A stretch of DNA of 62,824 nt, taken from NCBI GenBank assembly GCA_038153405.1, contig JAYOYH010000017.1:28352-91175 (forward strand), written 5' to 3'. The notes under the pieces are model-generated. The model made no database searches and was not told where the DNA came from. It saw nothing but the letters and a program-made list of their open reading frames with translations. The number at the start of each line of letters is the position of its first letter. Positions within the stretch are counted from its first letter, which is position 1. Position numbers and translations under genes: made by a program. Positions 57,733 through 62,824 of this stretch are shown piece after piece. This stretch comes from Gemmatimonadota bacterium. Lineage in GTDB: Bacteria; Latescibacterota; UBA2968; UBA8231.

Positions 57733-59854
57733 CAGATAGTGCCTTGTAGATAGCGTAGTTTTTGAGCACGAGCTTGACGTAGAGCCGCGTCTCCTTAAAG
57801 GGGATGCGCTCGACAAAGGCATCGGCGTCGTCGTGCGGAAAGCGCTCGAGCCACTGGCGCGCGTTGTGCGGTCCGGCGTTATAGGCGGCTAGGCCGAGTT
57901 CAAATCCCATATCGGCCGTCGGCCCTTCGGCAAATTGGCGCACCTGATCGCCGAGAAAGTAGCTGCCGAGGCGGATGGAAACGTCCGGATCGTATAGGGA
58001 ACTGCGCTCAAAGCGCGGCATGCCGAGCGTATGGGCCAAGGTCTTGCCGGTCTGCGGCATGATTTGCATCAGGCCCAGCGCCCCGGCGCGCGACGTGGCG
58101 CCCTCGTTAAACGTACTCTCTTGGCGAATGACCGACAAGACCAGATAGGGGTCGACGTTGGCTTCGGCTGCGGCGCTGACGATTTGTTCCCAATAGTAAT
58201 TGGGATAGACGCGATCCCACTCGTCATTTCTGCCGTTGGCGACAAATATCTGCATGGAGAGTCGCACGGCGCGGTCGAGAAAGCCCAGTGCCTCATAGCG
58301 GTCGCGGATAAATTCGAGCTTGGCCATATCGCGGCCGTTGAGGTTTTCGGCGCGCATAATTTCGCGGCGCGCCTCCTGCCTTAGCCCCAGCGAATAAAGT
58401 GCGTCGCCGCGCCTGAGGCAGTCGCCGCCTTCCACATCTTCTACAGACAGCGCGCTGAGCATTAGCCCAGCAGGGCGCGTCAGCGTGCCCGCATCGCTAT
58501 AGCCGAGCTTGACCGCGCGGGTGGAGTAGTACGAGCGGGGGAAGCCGCTGGCCGCGCGGCGATAATAGCTCTGCGACTCTACGCTGCGGCCCAGTTCGGC
58601 GGCTACTTTGCCCGCCCAGTAGAGACTTTGGTCGATGATATGGGGCTGTTGGGCCATATCGATCAACCGCTTGAATACCAGCAGGGCGCTGTCAAATTCA
58701 CCCCTGCAATAGTAGGTGAAGCCAATGCTCCAACCCGCTTCGTCGCGGTATGAACTCTCGGGATGGTTGTCCACTAAGAGTCGGTAGAGGCGCTCGGCCT
58801 CGGCAAAGTGGTTGTTGCGCTCGGCCGACTTGGCGGCTTGCCAGAGCGCGTCGTCGGCTAGTTCGTGCTGGGGAAAGCGGCTGGCAAAGAGCTCGTAGGC
58901 GGCAATGGCCTTGGCTTCGCGGTTGCGCCGCACGTGAATTCCGCCGATGCGGTAGAGCGCTGAGGGCAGGCCGTACTGCTCGTGTGTTTTTTCAAACGTT
59001 TGGATGGCGGCCTCGTACTGGCCAACGCCCAGCTGCGAACTGGCTAGCAGGTAGTGCGCGTCGGCAACGCGTTGGTCGCGCGGATGCTTCTGTATAAAGC
59101 GCTGAAAACGCCTTTTGGCGTCGGCATAGCGCTTGTGGGCGTGATAGGTCGACGCGACGGCAAAGGCTTGGCGCGCGTTGAGCGGTCCCTTGATTTCGAT
59201 GGCGACTTTGAGCGCCTGGTCGGTCTGTGGGTAGTCCTCCATCAACTGCACAAAGCGCTGGCGGGCCGCCTCGCCTTCACCCGCTTCTAAATGGGTCCGT
59301 GCGATGGAAAAGAGACCTTGAGGGGCTAAATATGCGACACTCAGCTGCTCCTCGTAGAGTTCAATGGCGGCGCGATGGCGATCTGTCCCCATATACAGGG
59401 CGGCGAGGCGCTGGCGGGCCGAACGCAAGAGCAGCTCGTTTTCGGCGTTGGCGAGAAAGTGCTGATAGCTGGAGATAGCCGTTTCGACCTGGCCCATATC
59501 CTTCAGTGCTTGGGCCATCCAAAAGCGGCGATACTCCTCTAAAACGGGCAGTTGGTCTGGCAGGTCGCGCAGGCGGGCATGGGCGCGATCGGGCTTGCCG
59601 ATTTGGAGCTCGCACAGGGCCAACTGCAGCCGGTGCTGAATGGCTTCTTCGGGGGAAAGGGCGTCCGCATTTATGCGCCCGAGCAGTTGGTACGCGCGGG
59701 CGTGGTGGCCTTTGGCGATGAGTTCGGCCACCTCGCCGCTTTCGGGCGGGCGGTATTCGACGAGACCAAAGAAGTATAGGTGGGCGGCAAAGGGCAGGGC
59801 AATCAGGAGTAGCAGTCCCGCCACTCCAAGCGTTGAGCGAACTCGTAGACCCAT
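57725..59854 (-). CDS. slt: TPR-containing soluble lytic transglycosylase (Slt-like)
   Basis: N-terminal TM, TPR repeats, IRQES, GALGLMQIMP, AAYNAG and ETRLYV; start 59854 or 59887. Confidence 0.9.
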   Translation of the reverse strand: MGLRVRSTLGVAGLLLLIALPFAAHLYFFGLVEYRPPESGEVAELIAKGHHARAYQLLGRINADALSPEEAIQHRLQLALCELQIGKPDRAHARLRDLPDQLPVLEEYRRFWMAQALKDMGQVETAISSYQHFLANAENELLLRSARQRLAALYMGTDRHRAAIELYEEQLSVAYLAPQGLFSIARTHLEAGEGEAARQRFVQLMEDYPQTDQALKVAIEIKGPLNARQAFAVASTYHAHKRYADAKRRFQRFIQKHPRDQRVADAHYLLASSQLGVGQYEAAIQTFEKTHEQYGLPSALYRIGGIHVRRNREAKAIAAYELFASRFPQHELADDALWQAAKSAERNNHFAEAERLYRLLVDNHPESSYRDEAGWSIGFTYYCRGEFDSALLVFKRLIDMAQQPHIIDQSLYWAGKVAAELGRSVESQSYYRRAASGFPRSYYSTRAVKLGYSDAGTLTRPAGLMLSALSVEDVEGGDCLRRGDALYSLGLRQEARREIMRAENLNGRDMAKLEFIRDRYEALGFLDRAVRLSMQIFVANGRNDEWDRVYPNYYWEQIVSAAAEANVDPYLVLSVIRQESTFNEGATSRAGALGLMQIMPQTGKTLAHTLGMPRFERSSLYDPDVSIRLGSYFLGDQVRQFAEGPTADMGFELGLAAYNAGPHNARQWLERFPHDDADAFVERIPFKETRLYVKLVLKNYAIYKALSDV

Positions 59855-59976
59855 ATTAGCTATCGATGTATGTACCTTAAAGAGCATATAGATGAGCTGC
59901 GAATCGACATACTAAGATAAGGGTACTGACGTCGCCTGGCCAAGCGTAAAAATGGGGCGTCTGGCGTGGGGAAAGG

Positions 59977-60177
59977 TCAGGAGGGGGACTTGCTCTTTGC
60001 GGCGATAGAGGTTTTTAACACTTCGGCGAAGCGGGTAGGAGAGCCGCTCTGCTGGCTGCGCTCGACTTCCTCAAGTTCCTTGAGATGGCGGCGCACTTCG
60101 CTTAGGCTGGCGTTGATTTCTAGGTTGAGCTTTTCCAGCCGCGGGGTAAACTGGGTTGCCAAAGGGGACGTTTTCAT
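59977..60177 (-). CDS. Small hypothetical coiled-coil protein
   Basis: 66-aa ORF directly downstream of a consensus sigma54 promoter. Confidence 0.5.
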   Translation of the reverse strand: MKTSPLATQFTPRLEKLNLEINASLSEVRRHLKELEEVERSQQSGSPTRFAEVLKTSIAAKSKSPS

Positions 60178-60216
60178 AGCATATACGCGTGCTCATACAG
60201 GGGTTTCCCATTTAAG

Positions 60217-60232
60217 AGCAAATGATGTGCCA
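60217..60232 (-). promoter_or_regulatory. sigma54 (-24/-12) promoter
   Basis: TGGCAC-ATCAT-TTGCT, a consensus match; AT-rich tract 60235-60285 upstream. Confidence 0.8.
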
Positions 60233-60291
60233 ATGAAATTGGAAAAAATAAAAATATAAAAATTTGTTTTTAAAGGATTTAAGGCCGGATC

Positions 60292-60328
60292 AAAGAAATG
60301 GGCAATTGGAAAGATGTTCCGTTTGCCC
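60292..60328 (-). terminator. Possible terminator after lpdA (or an enhancer palindrome)
   Basis: GGGCAA..GGAA/TTCC..TTGCCC imperfect hairpin followed by ATTTCTTT on the minus strand. Confidence 0.35.
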
Positions 60329-60357
60329 GGCTTGTTGGAGAAAACTTTGCCCGTGGG

Positions 60358-61773
60358 CTACGAGCGCTTGGGGGCGTATAGATGGGGACTCTGTCCGTAG
60401 TACACTTCGGCCGTTTCCATCACCGTCTCGGAAAGGGTCGGGTGCGGATGGATGGATAGCTGTACATCGGAGGCCAGCGCCGCCATCTCCACGGCGAGCA
60501 CGCCCTCGGCGATCAGTTCACCGGCGCCGGCGCCGGCTATGCCGACGCCTAAGATGCGGTCGGTGGCCGGGTCGATCAGCATCTTAGTAAGGCCATCGTT
60601 GCGATCGACCGTAGTGGCACGTCCCGATGCGCTCCAGGGGAAGCGGGCCACTTTAACGACGATGTCTTGCTGTTTTGCCTGCTCTTCGGTCAGGCCGCAC
60701 CAGGCGATCTCCGGATCGGTATATACGACGTTGGGTATGGCGCTGGGCTCAAAGACGAGCCGCTCGTGGCCGGCCAGAATCTCGGCAACGAGCGCGCCCT
60801 GATGCGAGGCGGTGTGGGCGAGCCCGGCGCCGACGACGTCGCCGATGGCGAAGATAGTGGCCGCGCCTGTGCGCATTTGGCCGTCGACCTCCACATAGCC
60901 GCGCGCGTCTAGCTGGACGGAAGTGTGCTCGAGGCCGAGGTCACCGGAGTTGGGCACGCGGCCAACGGAGAGCAGCACTTTGGCGAAGGTATGCGCAAAG
61001 GGCTTGCCATCGGCCCCTTCAAAGAGCACCTCCATGCCGGATGGGGTTGGCGTGACTTGCGTTACCTTGGTGTCGAGCCATATATGGGCAAAGCTGGCCT
61101 CGAGGCGCGCCTGCAGCGGTTTAACCAGATCGCGATCGGCCGGTGGCACTAGGCCGGACATCATCTCGACGACGGAAACCTCGCTGCCCAAGGCGGCGTA
61201 GACCTGGCCCAGTTCCATGCCGATAATGCCGCCGCCGACAATGAGCAAGCTCTCGGGAATGTCCTCGAGGGCGAGGGCTCCGGTCGAATCCATAAGGCGC
61301 TCGTCGTCGATGCGAAAAACGCCGGGCACGGCTGGGCGCGAGCCGCTGGCTAGCAGGGCGTGCTCAAACTGCAGGGATTGCTGGCCACCCTCCACCAATT
61401 CGATGTCTAGGGTGCTCTCGCCGGTAAAACGGGCGCGTCCGCGCACGTGCTTTAGCTTGCGCGCTTTGACCAGCTGTCCCAGCCCGCCGGTCATCTTAGC
61501 GACTACGCCATCTTTATAGGCGCGGAGCTTGTCCAGGTCGATAGTCGGTGCGGCAAACTGCACGCCCCAGTGGCTGGCCTCGCGCGCCTCGTTGAGCAAT
61601 TTGGCCACGTGCAGGAGGGCCTTGGATGGAATGCAGCCGCGGTACAGGCACACGCCGCCAGGGTTGGCTTCTGGATCGATGAGCGTTACGTCGAGGCCGA
61701 GATCTGCGGCTTTAAATGCGGCCACGTAGCCGCCGGGACCGCCGCCGATAACGGCCAATTGCGTCTTTTCCAT
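60358..61773 (-). CDS. lpdA: Dihydrolipoamide dehydrogenase (E3)
   Basis: GGGPGG, GGVCLYRGCIPSK redox disulfide, GGGIIG and HPHPTLSE. Confidence 0.96.
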   Translation of the reverse strand: MEKTQLAVIGGGPGGYVAAFKAADLGLDVTLIDPEANPGGVCLYRGCIPSKALLHVAKLLNEAREASHWGVQFAAPTIDLDKLRAYKDGVVAKMTGGLGQLVKARKLKHVRGRARFTGESTLDIELVEGGQQSLQFEHALLASGSRPAVPGVFRIDDERLMDSTGALALEDIPESLLIVGGGIIGMELGQVYAALGSEVSVVEMMSGLVPPADRDLVKPLQARLEASFAHIWLDTKVTQVTPTPSGMEVLFEGADGKPFAHTFAKVLLSVGRVPNSGDLGLEHTSVQLDARGYVEVDGQMRTGAATIFAIGDVVGAGLAHTASHQGALVAEILAGHERLVFEPSAIPNVVYTDPEIAWCGLTEEQAKQQDIVVKVARFPWSASGRATTVDRNDGLTKMLIDPATDRILGVGIAGAGAGELIAEGVLAVEMAALASDVQLSIHPHPTLSETVMETAEVYYGQSPHLYAPKRS

Positions 61774-61780
61774 GTAAAAA

Positions 61781-62824
61781 TTAGCCTTCCAGCAGCACGA
61801 CAAAGGGATTTTTCAAGGCCTCGCAGACCCAGCGCAGAAAGCGCGCCCCGTCGGCCCCGTCGATGAGGCGATGGTCGTAGCTCAGCGACAGCGGCATCAT
61901 GGTGCGCGGCTGAAATTGGCCGTCGATATAGACCGCTTCAACGCTGGAACGGGCCACGCCCAATATGGCCACTTCGGGCGGATTGACAATGGGCGTGAAG
62001 GCCGTTCCCCCCATGACGCCGACGTTGCTGATCGTCATGCTGCCGCCCTGCATGTCGGCCGGTGCAATCTTGCGGTCGCGCGTTTTCTGTGCCATTTCAC
62101 TCAGCTCGACGGACAGCTCGATGATGTTTTTCTGGTCGACGTCGCGCACCACGGGCACCATCAGTCCGTGCGGCGTGTCGACGGCAATGCCGATGTGGAA
62201 ATATTTCTTGTATACGACCTCGTTGCTGGCCATGTCGATGCTGGCGTTGAACTGCGGGAATACCTTGAGTGCGGCGCCCAGCACTTTGATGAGAATCGCC
62301 GTGGGCGTCAGCTTGCCGCCTGCCGCCTCTGCGCGCTTGCCGTGCTCTTTGCGCCAGACCTCGAGGTCGCTTACATCGGCTTTGTCGAACTGCGTGACCA
62401 TCGGTATGTTCGACCACGCCTGAGTCAGACGCTCGGCCGTTATTTGGCGCACTTTCGACATGGGCTGGCGCTCGGTGGCACCCCACTGGCTGAAGTCGGG
62501 TAGGGGAGCCGAGGCCGCTGCCGGCGACGCGGCCCGCGTCTGGTGCAGGTTCTTCGAGTGCGACTTTACGTCCTCTGCCGAGATGCGTCCACCGGGGCCA
62601 CGGCCTGCGACTTGAGTGATGTCGACGCCGATTTCGCGCGCCAGGCGGCGCACGGACGGGGCGGCCGGCACGCCCTGTCCGGCAGGGGCAGGTGGTGCCG
62701 GTCGCACAGGAGGCGGGGTTGGCTGAGGCGCGGCCAGCTCGGCAGTGTGCGCGGGAGCGACGGGCGCCTGTGCGGAAGCAGCGGGTGCGGCAACCGTGCC
62801 GGCAATGGTCAGCAGCAGCTGTCC
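61781..62824 (-). CDS. aceF: 2-oxoacid dehydrogenase E2 acyltransferase (5' end outside the window)
   Basis: End of lipoyl domain (GQLLLTI), Ala/Pro linker, PAAPSVRRLARE E3-binding domain, LSYDHRLIDGA. Confidence 0.9.
   Translation of the reverse strand, partial: GQLLLTIAGTVAAPAASAQAPVAPAHTAELAAPQPTPPPVRPAPPAPAGQGVPAAPSVRRLAREIGVDITQVAGRGPGGRISAEDVKSHSKNLHQTRAASPAAASAPLPDFSQWGATERQPMSKVRQITAERLTQAWSNIPMVTQFDKADVSDLEVWRKEHGKRAEAAGGKLTPTAILIKVLGAALKVFPQFNASIDMASNEVVYKKYFHIGIAVDTPHGLMVPVVRDVDQKNIIELSVELSEMAQKTRDRKIAPADMQGGSMTISNVGVMGGTAFTPIVNPPEVAILGVARSSVEAVYIDGQFQPRTMMPLSLSYDHRLIDGADGARFLRWVCEALKNPFVVLLEG

Overview
GC-rich bacterial chromosomal segment, densely coding, with no rRNA, tRNA, CRISPR or transposase seen. 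The abundance of PhyH dioxygenases, enolase-superfamily, DHDPS-family and DUF3604-like genes suggests a Latescibacterota/PVC-like heterotroph (inference only). Left to right: a queC/DMFase-like/queF cluster, ispH, a large atypical bacterial microcompartment (BMC) locus (~4.75-15.5 kb), a DtxR/MntR-regulated TroABCD-type Mn/Zn/Fe transporter, assorted metabolic genes, a receptor-less chemosensory operon with sigma54 promoters and an adjacent NtrC-type two-component system, catabolic enzymes, a DmpA peptidase pair, mutY, DUF368, a TPR lytic transglycosylase, and lpdA plus a partial E2. The best candidate for an undescribed system is the BMC locus. It has four vertex genes, a CoA-acylating aldehyde dehydrogenase, PduL, a DHDPS-family aldolase and an FAD amine oxidase as candidate signature enzymes, and a shell protein with four tandem BMC domains overlapping a two-domain shell gene (2+4 = 6 domains, possibly one asymmetric pseudohexamer). 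All family calls are from motif recognition, not database searches.
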